A program made the translations under genes and the position numbers. Below, piece by piece: positions 1 to 10,759 of a DNA stretch of 64,000 nucleotides. Below the pieces are notes generated by a model. It was given only the letters and a program-made list of their open reading frames with translations, searched no databases and was not told where the DNA came from. The stretch lies in the IMG/VR virus record IMGVR_UViG_3300035698_006643, positions 8,744 to 72,743 of that record. One strand, written 5' to 3'. The stretch's first letter is position 1, and each line of letters starts with the position of its first letter. The DNA comes from a virus.

Positions 1-505
1 GAACATAGTATCCTTCGGCAAGGAACAACCCAATTAAACGGGCCTTACCCAAAGTCAGGTCTACGCTTGTTTCACCCTGTGGAATTGGTGTCGTGGTAAA
101 ATCCCAATGATGTTTTAGATCGGCTACTTCAATGAAGTCCCCTGTCTTAGCAGCAAGAAGGGTTTCATTTGACACCCGAGTCTTCTGGTAACAAGCCGAA
201 GAACAGTAGTACCTTGGCAAAAGGAAATTAATCGTGCGGTGGTTACGCACCACTGGGCCACCACAAGCAAAGCATGTTTCTGCTGGTCGATAAACGAATA
301 CAGGGTGCCCACCAGTGATGTAAAGACGCTGGTTGTTCCCACGATACTTCAATTCGTTGAGGTTCCCTGTTGCTGGGTGCTTAAATGTTTCCCGAACTCG
401 ACGAACTCTACCTAGATGCGTTAGCACCTGGTCATTAACTTTGACTTCTTCGACAGGTTTGACTGTCCCGTCAGCCATCGTAACCGGCGTGCCTGGAACC
501 AAACA
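1..505 (-). mobile_element. Intein with LAGLIDADG endonuclease (partial) in the putative protease
   Basis: Block A CLVPGTPVTMADG starts at 505; block B ITGGHP; CFAC...YCSSAC zinc-finger insert; LAGLIDADG motif LIGLFLAEG near the edge. Confidence 0.9.
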
Positions 506-814
506 GTTGTTGTTGATAAAAGGCTGGCTGGCTTCAGTGACGAAGTATTCAGGATAGGTTCGATTGACTTCAAAGCCACTTTCAAGAACCTTCCCCAGTT
601 GTTCGGAATTATCACCAGGCTCTACGTCTACAGAAGCTACGATAGTGCAATGAGTGAGGAGCCACTTGGCTGGGTCATATTCTGACGTGACCTTGCGGGA
701 CGCTACCCGTGTCATGCCCTTTTCTGCTAAAGACATGGCAACCACCAGGTTCCATTCATCGTCCTTCCGGATAATGTTCTGAACTAAGGCATTCGCTGTC
801 TTCAGAAAGGCCAT
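1..814 (-). CDS. Putative prohead (maturation) protease, 5' part, interrupted by an intein; runs off the left edge
   Basis: Manual translation from ATG at 814 (not in the ORF track): MAFLKTANALV...TRVASRK...FINNN|CLVPGTPVTMADG..., open to the window edge. The NxN motif and position downstream of portal fit phage prohead proteases; the function is inferred. Confidence 0.6.
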   Translation of the reverse strand, partial: MAFLKTANALVQNIIRKDDEWNLVVAMSLAEKGMTRVASRKVTSEYDPAKWLLTHCTIVASVDVEPGDNSEQLGKVLESGFEVNRTYPEYFVTEASQPFINNNCLVPGTPVTMADGTVKPVEEVKVNDQVLTHLGRVRRVRETFKHPATGNLNELKYRGNNQRLYITGGHPVFVYRPAETCFACGGPVVRNHRTINFLLPRYYCSSACYQKTRVSNETLLAAKTGDFIEVADLKHHWDFTTTPIPQGETSVDLTLGKARLIGLFLAEGYYV

Positions 815-1825
815 CTATCTACCCCACACGTCGTCTGAAATTACTTCGCAGCCTACCAGGTACTTTTTGTCCCCGTTCAGGGACGCAGCGGCCTGATGAA
901 GGGCTCTTGCTTCTACAGCGGCCCTGTAGGTATCAATGTTCCTCAATTCACTGTCTTCGAGCCGGTCAGCCATTTCCAGGGCTCGCTGTTCGGCTGTGTC
1001 TTTAAGGTCGGTGTCGAGTTTCCCTGGCAAAGCGATGCCTTCGTCCAGCACGTCTACCACCACCCCAGCCATATCGTCATTGGGTCGCACACTGGCTTCA
1101 ACGACAACCTGTTCTATTTCAGATTCAGGTGTCCACAGGTCTGAAGGATCAATCAAGAACAGACACTTAGGACAACCGTGAAGCTTAGTCTGCTTCCGGT
1201 AGCGTAGTTTCACCATAGGGGTGCCACAACGGGGACAGATGTACTGCTTTGAATCCTGCTCAGACTGATTCGGTCGGTACATCCGTCCTGGAGAATGCCA
1301 GTACAACCCAAACTTCGGGATTGTATCGTAGGCACAGTCCACAGCGGCTAAAACTTCTTTCTCTGAAAAACTAGATTCCCGATTCAAAGCCACGACGGCT
1401 TCTGAACGATTCTTACGGTGGAAACGATACTTTGAAGCCTGGGCCAGTAGGTAGTACCCTCGCTGGGTTACATAAGTATTCGCCAGAGCCGCTGACACAC
1501 CCTTTGAGGTTCCGTCCTGCCCCCTAGAGCGGCTTATACCCCAGGAAGGTGCTGACGTATCTTTGGCCGGAGCAATGGTTTCTACATTAAGGGCAGCCCG
1601 CACGACTTCATCCATAGAGCATTGCTCATTGCCCCACGGGAATTCAACATCAATCACGCCCATCCCTCGAAAGACAGTTGTAACGATGCCAGCTATATTG
1701 ATTGGGTCAACAGTAATCGGGTTGATTTTGTAAACCAGGTCGCCACGCTTGAAGTCAACAGACCTGTCACGAATGTCATTTAGGATGCCGGCTCTTTTAG
1801 GGATGTTCAAAGCTAATCTCCCCAA
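815..1825 (-). CDS. Hypothetical head-module protein with zinc ribbon
   Basis: 336 aa; CPRC...CPKC; late-type motif at 1872. Confidence 0.6.
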   Translation of the reverse strand: MGRLALNIPKRAGILNDIRDRSVDFKRGDLVYKINPITVDPINIAGIVTTVFRGMGVIDVEFPWGNEQCSMDEVVRAALNVETIAPAKDTSAPSWGISRSRGQDGTSKGVSAALANTYVTQRGYYLLAQASKYRFHRKNRSEAVVALNRESSFSEKEVLAAVDCAYDTIPKFGLYWHSPGRMYRPNQSEQDSKQYICPRCGTPMVKLRYRKQTKLHGCPKCLFLIDPSDLWTPESEIEQVVVEASVRPNDDMAGVVVDVLDEGIALPGKLDTDLKDTAEQRALEMADRLEDSELRNIDTYRAAVEARALHQAAASLNGDKKYLVGCEVISDDVWGR

Positions 1826-1952
1826 GCTTTAGGGGATCACCTTGGATCACCCCCATACACTTCTGAGGGAACTATAAACAGAATAACGGTGAGTGTGAGG
1901 AAAAGTTCCTCAGTTCATTGATTCAAACTGAAGTGGTGCGGCTGGAGTTGGC

Positions 1953-2330
1953 TTAGACGAAAGGGTTGCCTTCTCGCCAATCACTTGCACTCCCGAACAC
2001 ATCAGACAGTTCTGTCGAAGTATCCGTATTGAATTCCTTCATATACGGTTCATCCGGCTGAATCAAGATGGGTTCCTGCGGGTTGTCCATGTCATCCAGG
2101 AATGTTTCACCAGGCTCGGACTCAAGGATTTCGGCCTTTCGAGTTTCCAATGACTGGGTTCCAAAGACCCCGGTCTCGATGACGTCGGATACTTTGTCCA
2201 ACCCAGCGACAACCTGTGCCACTTGACCAGCGGTTAGGCCGAAGAACTTTGGGTTCTTTTCGACATTGCTTGCCAGCCGGTCCAGGTATCCGAGAATACT
2301 GTTGGCACCTTGTGTTGCAATCTTCTTCAT
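1953..2330 (-). CDS. Hypothetical protein (head module)
   Basis: 125 aa; ATGA overlap with the upstream gene; KIA and RKA motifs. Confidence 0.65.
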   Translation of the reverse strand: MKKIATQGANSILGYLDRLASNVEKNPKFFGLTAGQVAQVVAGLDKVSDVIETGVFGTQSLETRKAEILESEPGETFLDDMDNPQEPILIQPDEPYMKEFNTDTSTELSDVFGSASDWREGNPFV

Positions 2331-4132
2331 GGTCGAACCTCCTTCAGGGATTCATCAATAGCTGAAAAAACGTCAGACACTAACTTCCCATAAAGGAAGC
2401 CATGTTTCAATCCTTCCTTCGACTGTCCTTTCTTCAAGGTAATCGAAGACCCGTCGCACAGTAGGTCACGTATAAACGAATCAACACGAAGGGCGATTCG
2501 AGTGGAATCCAAATTCAATTCAACTGGGCCGGGGTCGTTTACAGCCAAAAGATTCCGAACTTGCTGGAAACGGGCGTTTGTTGCATTTCGTTCAATGACC
2601 TCCTGAAGTACTGACCCCTGGACTTCATCTTCCTGGTCGTCTTCCTCTTCAGAACTATCCGTGTTCGCAGCAGACAAGGCCGCAGCGATGCTGTTTAGCT
2701 TGTAGGCCGTGTCAGGGTGTGTGCGAACCATCTTGCCAGCCGTAGCTGTAATGAAGGCCACAACAGATTCCCCAGTCCATTCAATGTCCATCACACCTGC
2801 CAGAAGGCGGTCATAGGTTCTCGCTGGTATCGGTGCCATGTTCCGGTCACGTTCCCAGGTACCGATAGCTTGGTCGAGGGCGTACCTGTAGGCACTGTCT
2901 TCAACCCACCCGTCTCCAGGGGGCATCAGTTCTTTTGCAAGCTTCACCAAGGCTTCCTCAGACTCCCGAGTCAGGTTCCTTACGTCCATAGATGGATTCC
3001 CACCACGAAGTGATTCAGTCGTGGGGTCATCAGCCTGAATAGGACCAGGGGGGCCATTCTGCCTAGAGGTTACATTGTTCAAAGTTTCACCCCGCTTCTT
3101 CTTCTTCGGTTTCTTTTTTCGCTTCGGTTTCTTCTTCTTTTTCTTCGGTTTTGGTTTTGGCTTCTGGTCCTTCCGCAAGTTTTCTACTTCACGGGTTTTC
3201 TTGTCCAGCTTGTTCCGCAATTCATCCGAAGTATCGTCTGAGGGCTCACCAGGTACCATCCGTTCAGGCGTCTTCCCTTCCCGGTCGTCCTTGGCCCGCT
3301 CCTGTTGCACATCTTCGTCAGGGATATCAGCGTCAGGATGTAGGCTCTTCATCACCCTACGAAGCAATTCTTTATTAGAGGGGTCACCCAGTTCGGCACT
3401 GTAATGGTCAGCTAGGTCCTGGTAGACTTCATCGTGAAGGCTAAGTAGCTGGGGAACAGCTTTGATTTGGTCATCGTACCAGTTCTTGATTTCGTCATTT
3501 GATTCAAGCAACATTTCCCAGACAGCATCCGGGTCGTTATCTATCTGGTCTGCCTTGTTCTTGATTTCCCCAGTCTTCGCCCCAATCAGTTGGGAGTAGT
3601 AGTGTTTCTTCTCTGCTTCTGATGATGCTGACTTCGCTTTCTCTAAGACACCATCATAGTCATAGTTACTGCCTTCAGAAGTGGCCTTGAAGGCTTGTTC
3701 AGCCATATTGCCCATATGTGTTTCCATCTGGGCGCCATCAAACTGGGAAAGGTCTGCCGGAGGGTCTTGTGGCCCAGTAGATGATTTACTGGAGCCCCCC
3801 AGGTCTTCTTTCTTGGTGTACCCTTCCTCAGTCCAGGTTTCTGCCGACTCCTTTGAATCGAAGTACTGGGTCTCCCCATCACTTCGTGTCGCTTTCCATC
3901 TACCGTTGTCTGTTTGTTTTATCCCTGCCGCCGAGAAGTACCTTGTAGCGACTCTAGCCGCAATAGAAGCGGTGGTGTCAGGATCCTTCGTGTCAGTGTC
4001 TGGGTCTTTCTCTTTGACACGTTCCCGACGCAAATCCATTCTAGGAGGTTTCTTCTTAGGTGACGGGCGAACCAGGCGTTCAGCCTGGTCATCTTCACGT
4101 TCTGCTGGTGTTTTAGTACCTACACGGTTCAT
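2327..4132 (-). CDS. Hypothetical acidic protein with Lys-rich tract (possible scaffold/internal head protein)
   Basis: 601 aa; SD GAGG; ARVATRY motif; KPKPKKKKKKPKRKKK tract; late motif at 4156. Confidence 0.65.
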   Translation of the reverse strand: MNRVGTKTPAEREDDQAERLVRPSPKKKPPRMDLRRERVKEKDPDTDTKDPDTTASIAARVATRYFSAAGIKQTDNGRWKATRSDGETQYFDSKESAETWTEEGYTKKEDLGGSSKSSTGPQDPPADLSQFDGAQMETHMGNMAEQAFKATSEGSNYDYDGVLEKAKSASSEAEKKHYYSQLIGAKTGEIKNKADQIDNDPDAVWEMLLESNDEIKNWYDDQIKAVPQLLSLHDEVYQDLADHYSAELGDPSNKELLRRVMKSLHPDADIPDEDVQQERAKDDREGKTPERMVPGEPSDDTSDELRNKLDKKTREVENLRKDQKPKPKPKKKKKKPKRKKKPKKKKRGETLNNVTSRQNGPPGPIQADDPTTESLRGGNPSMDVRNLTRESEEALVKLAKELMPPGDGWVEDSAYRYALDQAIGTWERDRNMAPIPARTYDRLLAGVMDIEWTGESVVAFITATAGKMVRTHPDTAYKLNSIAAALSAANTDSSEEEDDQEDEVQGSVLQEVIERNATNARFQQVRNLLAVNDPGPVELNLDSTRIALRVDSFIRDLLCDGSSITLKKGQSKEGLKHGFLYGKLVSDVFSAIDESLKEVRP

Positions 4133-4183
4133 AGCTAACCTCTGTGAACCCTGTTCTATAAACGAAAAACAACAGGACAGACT

Positions 4184-5980
4184 TTACCCGCCAAAGCGGT
4201 CAGCTTCCTCTTTCTTCTTGACCTGGAGGTCTAGGTAGGTAGCGATACGTTCCCCGACATCCGTGTTCTCAGCCATCCACCGCCCGACTTCGGAGTTCAC
4301 AGACCGTAGAATCTCGTTGAAGGACGAATCATTGAGGGTGAAAACATCCTTCTCCAATTCTTCCAGAGCAGCGTCAGCATCAACATTCAAGAGTTCAAGC
4401 ATGAACCGGACTGGCATAGACCCTTTCTGGTAGAGGTTGTAGAAAGCGTCATAGGTTTCGGCATTGTCCCGAATGGCCAATCTGGTGAAGGACAACGATG
4501 GGTAGATAGCAATATCATCCCCATCTATGTCCCGGATGATGAACCCCTTCTTCCGAGCGACATGTTCAAATAGCATTTTCTCGACGTAGTGCTGGATTCG
4601 GTCTCGGAACAACATGTACCTGGTGTTAATGATTTCAACGCTGATACGGTCACCGCTGTAAACACCTTCACCAGTTAGCATCGTTTCAGTCACACCGTAC
4701 CCAGCATAAATCTCACGGTTACCGGTTTCATGTTCTCTATCCAGGTCAAGAAGTCGGTCCCGGGCTCCAATATCTTCCCAATGAACTTCATAGTTGGTCA
4801 CGATGGAAAAATCAGGGTCCATCAAAGCCAGGTCTACTTGTTCACGAAGGTTCTCTACATCGGCTTCATCCAGGTCTTCAGCCCAGACCAGTCGCTTAGG
4901 TGTCATCGCTCGACTGGCAATCGAAGTCTGAGCTTGTCGGAGCTTGTCCTGGTACGTCAGGGTTCGTTCCAATCTTTCCATTCGGGGGATGACCCCAGCA
5001 CGGTAGGTGTGCTTCCTTCTATAGACCTGGTGGACAAAGGATCCCTTCTCGGGGTTTGTCCCCAGGGGGATGTTTCTACCTTCTGATACATGCAGGAGCA
5101 CTTCGTCTGGGATGTCCTTCACCTGTTCTTCAGCGTCAGGGTCCCTAGCCATCGCCCGATTTATCAGTTCCTTCGTCATTTCGTCGGGAATTAGATAGAC
5201 CTTCTTACGCTTCGAGAACTGGAAGACTTCTTCCTGAACGCTTTCAGGGGGGAGGATAATGATTTGGTCCCAACCACGGTACTTCTTCGTGAAGTGACCT
5301 TGCCAGGCTTTCTTCCCGGCTGCCGTCAGCTTCTTGCTGGTTCTAGTGGTGCCATCCGGCATCAACGACCCAACGTCTTCGGATTCAAAGTTCTCAATGC
5401 CAAGACCTGGGGTATCGCTGTCTTCAGCAAAGACCCAGGCTTCATCGTGAAGGTTGTACTCAAACGAAATGTCCACCAGAACCTGGAAGAGGTTCAAGCG
5501 TTCTGTGAGCTTCCTAAAGAATCGGTACGACCGCTTGCAGAGGCGGTTATAATGGGCAACCGTTTCCTTACTGAGCTTCCCATCCTCGGCACGCTGTTCA
5601 GCCGCTTCAGGGGTATCCTCTTGCCCGTCAGCTAGTGACGGGTACATGTCAATCGCCCCACTAGGAATCTTTGGTTTAGCCAGGCGTAGCTTGGACAACG
5701 GAAGTTCAGTGTGGAGGTCTACAGCCTGCCCAATATAGGGGTGTGTTCTGTACCAGAACTTCTGTCGTTCCAGCCGCTCGAAGCGAGACTGCGGAAGCTC
5801 CATGAAGTCTGTGGACATATACGGGGAATAGAAGTTCGTGCCGAACCCCATCTGGGTTCCCATTCCACCCAAACCGTAGGCACCGGCACCCATCGAAGCT
5901 AGGGCCACCCGTTTCGACTTATCAAGGTTAGCGTTGCCCTTGGTAGCTACTGCTTTTCCAGTCTTTTTCTTTGTAGCCAC
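4184..5980 (-). CDS. Portal protein
   Basis: 598 aa downstream of terminase; portal-like segments FWYRTHPYIGQAVDLH and EIYAGYGVTETMLTGE. Confidence 0.75.
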   Translation of the reverse strand: MATKKKTGKAVATKGNANLDKSKRVALASMGAGAYGLGGMGTQMGFGTNFYSPYMSTDFMELPQSRFERLERQKFWYRTHPYIGQAVDLHTELPLSKLRLAKPKIPSGAIDMYPSLADGQEDTPEAAEQRAEDGKLSKETVAHYNRLCKRSYRFFRKLTERLNLFQVLVDISFEYNLHDEAWVFAEDSDTPGLGIENFESEDVGSLMPDGTTRTSKKLTAAGKKAWQGHFTKKYRGWDQIIILPPESVQEEVFQFSKRKKVYLIPDEMTKELINRAMARDPDAEEQVKDIPDEVLLHVSEGRNIPLGTNPEKGSFVHQVYRRKHTYRAGVIPRMERLERTLTYQDKLRQAQTSIASRAMTPKRLVWAEDLDEADVENLREQVDLALMDPDFSIVTNYEVHWEDIGARDRLLDLDREHETGNREIYAGYGVTETMLTGEGVYSGDRISVEIINTRYMLFRDRIQHYVEKMLFEHVARKKGFIIRDIDGDDIAIYPSLSFTRLAIRDNAETYDAFYNLYQKGSMPVRFMLELLNVDADAALEELEKDVFTLNDSSFNEILRSVNSEVGRWMAENTDVGERIATYLDLQVKKKEEADRFGG

Positions 5981-6507
5981 TAGTCACCCTCAAATTCTGG
6001 GGATTCTTCAGCCATCTTCGTTAGTTCGGTTAGAACTTCTTCTTCAACATCCTCTTCAACAACAACTGCTTTGGAAGCTTCGGTTCCAGCTTCAGCTTCA
6101 GCTAGTTCACGTTGTCGTCTTCGGTTTTCAAGGATCATCTGAGCAGCTTCACGAATCTGTTTTTCCCGCTTCTCATCTTCTTTTCGACGGTCTTCATCAC
6201 GGCGGTAAGCGAGGTCAATGCTGACAAGATGGTCTAAGCCCCGCAAAGACGCACCAATGACCCGACGGGAAGCACGGGCATTGGATTGCGTCAAGCGGTT
6301 CTTTTGTTGGGTAGAGACTCGTTCTAGTTGTTCAGCGATGCCAAGTAACTTCTTGAAGCCCACCCGAATATCGGTTACACCCTTCTTGAAATCACTGACA
6401 AGCTGTTCGGCTGTTCTATTGTCCATTGGTAAACTACCTCCGGCACATACTACACAGCCAACCACCAGAGGTCTACGATGCAGCGTGCTCGATGTCTTTG
6501 ACCACAC
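5980..6507 (-). CDS. Hypothetical coiled-coil protein (true start probably MDNRTA near 6426)
   Basis: ORF track; stop abuts the portal start. Confidence 0.6.
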   Translation of the reverse strand: MWSKTSSTLHRRPLVVGCVVCAGGSLPMDNRTAEQLVSDFKKGVTDIRVGFKKLLGIAEQLERVSTQQKNRLTQSNARASRRVIGASLRGLDHLVSIDLAYRRDEDRRKEDEKREKQIREAAQMILENRRRQRELAEAEAGTEASKAVVVEEDVEEEVLTELTKMAEESPEFEGD

Positions 6508-7441
6508 GGCTCAAACCGTTGATGCTGTCACGGAAGAAAGGTTCGGTGACAGTCTCGACCATCTTCCGAATCCAATCGGCGGCGGCGGAACTCATTGTTC
6601 GCAGGCCACGAAGAACCTTCTGGAGGAAGTCCCAACTTCCGTACTTGTTCTGGTAGGCTTCAATCGCCATCGACGCCTGAAGGTGTCTGTTTGCGGAGAA
6701 AGGAACCTGTACAACTCCAGAACTTTCGTCACTGAAGGACAGTTTGACCTGAGCGAGCTTGACCTCGAAGGGGGCCTTCTTGCGCTTGTCTTCTTCGTCG
6801 TATTCGTCCCACGCCTGCACTTTCTGGTAACCCTTGACCAACGTCTTCATCGTCGCTTCGGATTCATCCAGAATCTTTTTCATGGCCGGTTCGGCTTCGA
6901 CCATTGCAGCAACCACACGCTTGTAGTAGCTGATGTCCATCTTTTCGACGGCGGCAACATCACGGACGCTCACGACCACGTCTTCCAGATGAAGAACTTG
7001 TTCACCGAGCTTCTTCATCCAGGTTTGGAATCGACCAGACATCCCGAGCTTCTTTCCAGCATCAGCAAATGGCTTGAGTTGTTTTTTCAAGTCATCAAGC
7101 TGCCGCTGGGCGTCGATAGACGCTTTCATGGTGTCGTTAACGAGCTTCGTGTACTCGCTGTCAGTCATCCCTTTCCCTGGTTCGTCATTCTTCTTTGCCG
7201 CAGTCGTCGGGTTGTCCACGACGCTGAGCCCTACCAATGTCTTCATAGATGCCTCCCGCTTTGTCAAATGTGACCGTACCACTTGCTTTAGACAGTACAG
7301 TGCTTCGTCATTTCCTTGAACGATATCTTCCCAAGTCCACTGACTTCCAAAGGTATCCAGTATGGCTTCGATGTCCCCCGGTTTCAATTCAGGGAGCCCC
7401 GCCTTCTTTGCTATGTTCTCAATGAACCGTTTCGCAAACAT
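6473..7441 (-). CDS. Hypothetical protein (putative virion)
   Basis: 322 aa; SD AAGG; late motif at 7470. Confidence 0.65.
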   Translation of the reverse strand: MFAKRFIENIAKKAGLPELKPGDIEAILDTFGSQWTWEDIVQGNDEALYCLKQVVRSHLTKREASMKTLVGLSVVDNPTTAAKKNDEPGKGMTDSEYTKLVNDTMKASIDAQRQLDDLKKQLKPFADAGKKLGMSGRFQTWMKKLGEQVLHLEDVVVSVRDVAAVEKMDISYYKRVVAAMVEAEPAMKKILDESEATMKTLVKGYQKVQAWDEYDEEDKRKKAPFEVKLAQVKLSFSDESSGVVQVPFSANRHLQASMAIEAYQNKYGSWDFLQKVLRGLRTMSSAAADWIRKMVETVTEPFFRDSINGLSRVVKDIEHAAS

Positions 7442-7483
7442 CGTCTACCTTTCAATCACAGATACGATGCCATAAACAAACTA

Positions 7484-10400
7484 CTACCTACGCCGCATCC
7501 TGCTTGCAATCCCAAGGGCAGACCCCCGTTGTGGGGCCATCCCTGTTTGACGGGCCTTCCGTATCTTCTGAGTGAGGGAATCCACCTTAGTCCTCGGGTG
7601 GCCAAAGACCGAAGACTTGGTAGCGTCTGATGCAAACTTCGTGTCCCTCAGTCGTTCTGTTGACAACCAGATTGACCTCACTAATGAATCTGCCCGGTCG
7701 TCGTGCATCCCAACAATTTTCGGGGCGTGAACAACAACGATGTTCCGGCTGGTCTGTTCTGCTTCCAGGGTACAAATCTCTTCGACCAAATAAGAATCTG
7801 AACTCCCTTTCTTGCCCTCAAACTCAGCCAGTTCGATTCTACTATCAAACAGCATCATCTTTGTATTCTGGAACATCGACGATGCTAGAGCCGTCAGTAT
7901 TCGCTGAGCCTCAAACTGGTTCAATCCCCTACGACGCAACGACTGTTCCAGCGGAATCCCGTTCCACTGGTCGAGAACCCCTTTTCGGATAATGAAGCGC
8001 TTACTAAGTTGGTAGATCCATTCAGCGATATCTTCTAGTTCAAGGCGGTCCTTATCCAACGCCCAGTCATGTTTGAATAGGTCTCGTACCCCTGGAGGAA
8101 GGGGCTGACCAGCGTACACACATTCGTGGTAGTCAACTACAATGCTAGTTCCGTTACCTGAAGGCCGTGACAGAGTGATAGCTGACCCATCAGTTACCAG
8201 CCCTAGATCCACCCCACAGTCGTAGGAAACCTTTGGCCCCTTAGACCGCTTCAAAGGCTTCCTACCTTCTACCACGCACTTCTGAACTTCTTCCTTACGT
8301 TCAATCCACCCACGGATTCGGTCAGCAAAGTTCGCCCCGAACTCGACCATGAATACTTCAGGGTCTTCGTGGTACTTCGTCCGAAGGTACTGGGATGGAA
8401 TCGTAGGATTCATTTCAGCCGAAGGAGCTTGAATGACTAGGATATCCCCGGCACCTTCCCCACCCTGAAACCCAAGGTAGTACAGTTCAAAGAACTTACC
8501 GTCCCGCATCCCAGGAGAAGAAATAGCCAGAACACGACCATCAGTTGTTTCCTTCAGCTTCTTCGTGGAATCTTCGGGGTCCTTCGGTGTGAAGGATGCT
8601 GCTGATGGTGTTACAGCTTCCCAGACTGACTTACTCGACGCCCGCTTGCTGGAATCCTGGAAGTGTGCAAATTCATCAAGAATGATGACGATGTTACCAG
8701 GACCACGAAGCCCCTTAGCCACACAGCTACGGAAACCAACCTTAATGGAAGCTGGCCCCTTAGTGTCGTCATACCGTCCATAGTCGTCAATGTCCTTGGC
8801 CGTCTGAAGGGTTACGACTGACTGTGTGTGCCTAGCTAGATAGTCGGTAAAGTACCCAACCGACTTGAAATGTGTTTGCACAGACGAAAAGAGGATCCCA
8901 GCCTGTTCCTTATCAGTAGCCACCGTGATGACCTGAAAGGGGTTACCCCGAGCCAAACCGTAGTACAGGTACGGGTCTGCGATGTGGAGGATGCGGTAGG
9001 TCTCATACGACGCCACCGTAGAGGAGAGGAACGTATTGTGGTTGACGACCCCCCCAGCCACGAATGATGGTTCAGCATCATCTGGCATTGACAAGTCGGC
9101 AACTTCAGCTAGTTCAATCTGCCTGTCTGTAACTTCTACCCAGAAGTAATCCTGGTCAGCCAATTCCCGAAGATGGTCTGTCTCTGGGAACCCCTGAAGC
9201 TCTGGTTGGGCTAAGATTCGTTCCAATCTGGAATATGTGAGGTCATTCCGGCTCTGGTCTTTAACAACTGGGCCAAAAACCCTTCTCACCTTAGATTTCA
9301 CTTTGTCAGTTGAAATCATCTGACCAGTCTTCTGGTCCTGCTTCCTTGTATCTGGGATTCGATTCAAAAGACGACGGCACCAGTCTCGTTGAAAGGGAAT
9401 GCTCTCGGCGGTTCCACCTTCCTTCGACTTACGGCACGACACTTCCAACTGGCTCTGCTTTTTCTGAGACCGGAAACCGATCAAATCAAGGAACAACTGC
9501 TTACTACGAAGCCCCTGAAGTGTCAGCGTGTAGTAGTTTCGTTCGTACTTTTTATTCCACTTGGGGCGAATCCCAGACACAATCCCGAGATTCAAGAGTA
9601 GAGCCTGGACCTGACGGACTAGAAGTCTTGATGAACTGGTCAGAGTCACTTTCTTCTGGCCTTCGACACACCCATCAGCTTCAAACAATGACCGTATGAA
9701 CCAGCAGACAACCTTCTGAGGAGACTGCATCACTACCCAAGGAACCTGCTTCGTTTCATTGGTCGCTACCAGACTAAACCCGCACCAATCTAAGAAGTGG
9801 CGAACGGGCTTCGACGCTAGGTAAACACAACCGGTGTTTTCACGACGCTTATCTTTCCTGACACTGTACCGCCTGAATAGCCGGGTGAAAAGTTCTCGGA
9901 GGTCTTCCCAGGTTTCGTGGTGGTCTACAGCAACTTCGACACGGTTGTCGTAGTTCCATAGCCCGTCACCTACTAGATACCCCAAAAGAGTTGTCCAATC
10001 TTCATCCAGCACTGAGGGAACATCAAACAACTTTGCCGACGCCCCCCACTTAGGGGGACTGTAAGCTAGGAGGTCAACTTCATCCCCCCAGACCCCAGCA
10101 CCACGATGGATAGCGACGTAGTCCCCTGGTTCAAGGTCTACTACCTTTTTCCACCCAGGAACCCCGTCAGATTGCATTGCTACAACCTGGTGCCTATCAG
10201 CACTACCTGTCACTTCTAATCCGAGCTTTGTCTGAAGAACGACAGTCTCTTTCAAGCCGCCGTCATAGTAATAGGCTGGTTCGACTAATCCACTAGGTTG
10301 AACCACCTGGAACGGGTCAGTAATGTACTGAACTTCAGCCCCTGTTCCCTGGTCTAAATCAGCGACTGCAACCAGACCCTTTGACGTGGGAATCAAGGTA

Positions 10401-10759
10401 TCTGTTCGGACACACTTCCCGCCTCGCCGGCCGCACGGAAGAATCAAGGTACGGCGGTCGTGGTCTTGTTCCTTGATATTGCATCGGCCTTCTTCAAACA
10501 GGTAAGTCAGGTATTCTTTTTCAGTCAGTCGGTAGATGATGTTTTCATTGAAGATGTCTGGAACGCACACGTTCTTGTCAGTATCATTCAAAGGTAGGTT
10601 ATAGAACATCTTCAGGATAAACCGCTGTACTGGGTACAACCGTAACCCCAACCCCCAGGGCTGTTCTACATACTCAATGATGTTCGGGATATCGAGGTCG
10701 CCTGCCCTCACAGTCATCCTGGCATTTCGCCTGACAATGTCTGAAAGGTCTTGTGACAT
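7484..10759 (-). CDS. terL: Terminase large subunit with intein
   Basis: Walker A CGRRGGK|T split by an intein; Walker B IILDE; ISSP; nuclease motifs GVDLG and HDDRAD; start MSQDL at 10759 (TAATG overlap). Confidence 0.92.
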   Translation of the reverse strand: MSQDLSDIVRRNARMTVRAGDLDIPNIIEYVEQPWGLGLRLYPVQRFILKMFYNLPLNDTDKNVCVPDIFNENIIYRLTEKEYLTYLFEEGRCNIKEQDHDRRTLILPCGRRGGKCVRTDTLIPTSKGLVAVADLDQGTGAEVQYITDPFQVVQPSGLVEPAYYYDGGLKETVVLQTKLGLEVTGSADRHQVVAMQSDGVPGWKKVVDLEPGDYVAIHRGAGVWGDEVDLLAYSPPKWGASAKLFDVPSVLDEDWTTLLGYLVGDGLWNYDNRVEVAVDHHETWEDLRELFTRLFRRYSVRKDKRRENTGCVYLASKPVRHFLDWCGFSLVATNETKQVPWVVMQSPQKVVCWFIRSLFEADGCVEGQKKVTLTSSSRLLVRQVQALLLNLGIVSGIRPKWNKKYERNYYTLTLQGLRSKQLFLDLIGFRSQKKQSQLEVSCRKSKEGGTAESIPFQRDWCRRLLNRIPDTRKQDQKTGQMISTDKVKSKVRRVFGPVVKDQSRNDLTYSRLERILAQPELQGFPETDHLRELADQDYFWVEVTDRQIELAEVADLSMPDDAEPSFVAGGVVNHNTFLSSTVASYETYRILHIADPYLYYGLARGNPFQVITVATDKEQAGILFSSVQTHFKSVGYFTDYLARHTQSVVTLQTAKDIDDYGRYDDTKGPASIKVGFRSCVAKGLRGPGNIVIILDEFAHFQDSSKRASSKSVWEAVTPSAASFTPKDPEDSTKKLKETTDGRVLAISSPGMRDGKFFELYYLGFQGGEGAGDILVIQAPSAEMNPTIPSQYLRTKYHEDPEVFMVEFGANFADRIRGWIERKEEVQKCVVEGRKPLKRSKGPKVSYDCGVDLGLVTDGSAITLSRPSGNGTSIVVDYHECVYAGQPLPPGVRDLFKHDWALDKDRLELEDIAEWIYQLSKRFIIRKGVLDQWNGIPLEQSLRRRGLNQFEAQRILTALASSMFQNTKMMLFDSRIELAEFEGKKGSSDSYLVEEICTLEAEQTSRNIVVVHAPKIVGMHDDRADSLVRSIWLSTERLRDTKFASDATKSSVFGHPRTKVDSLTQKIRKARQTGMAPQRGSALGIASRMRRR
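9035..10414 (-). mobile_element. Intein with LAGLIDADG homing endonuclease in the TerL Walker A motif (460 aa)
   Basis: GGK|CVRTDTLIPT...FVAGGVVNHN|TF; LLGYLVGDG and FIRSLFEADG motifs. Confidence 0.95.

Noticed and set aside
6218-7273. 351-aa + strand ORF and other antisense ORFs
   Set aside because: Shadow ORFs opposite well-supported minus-strand genes.
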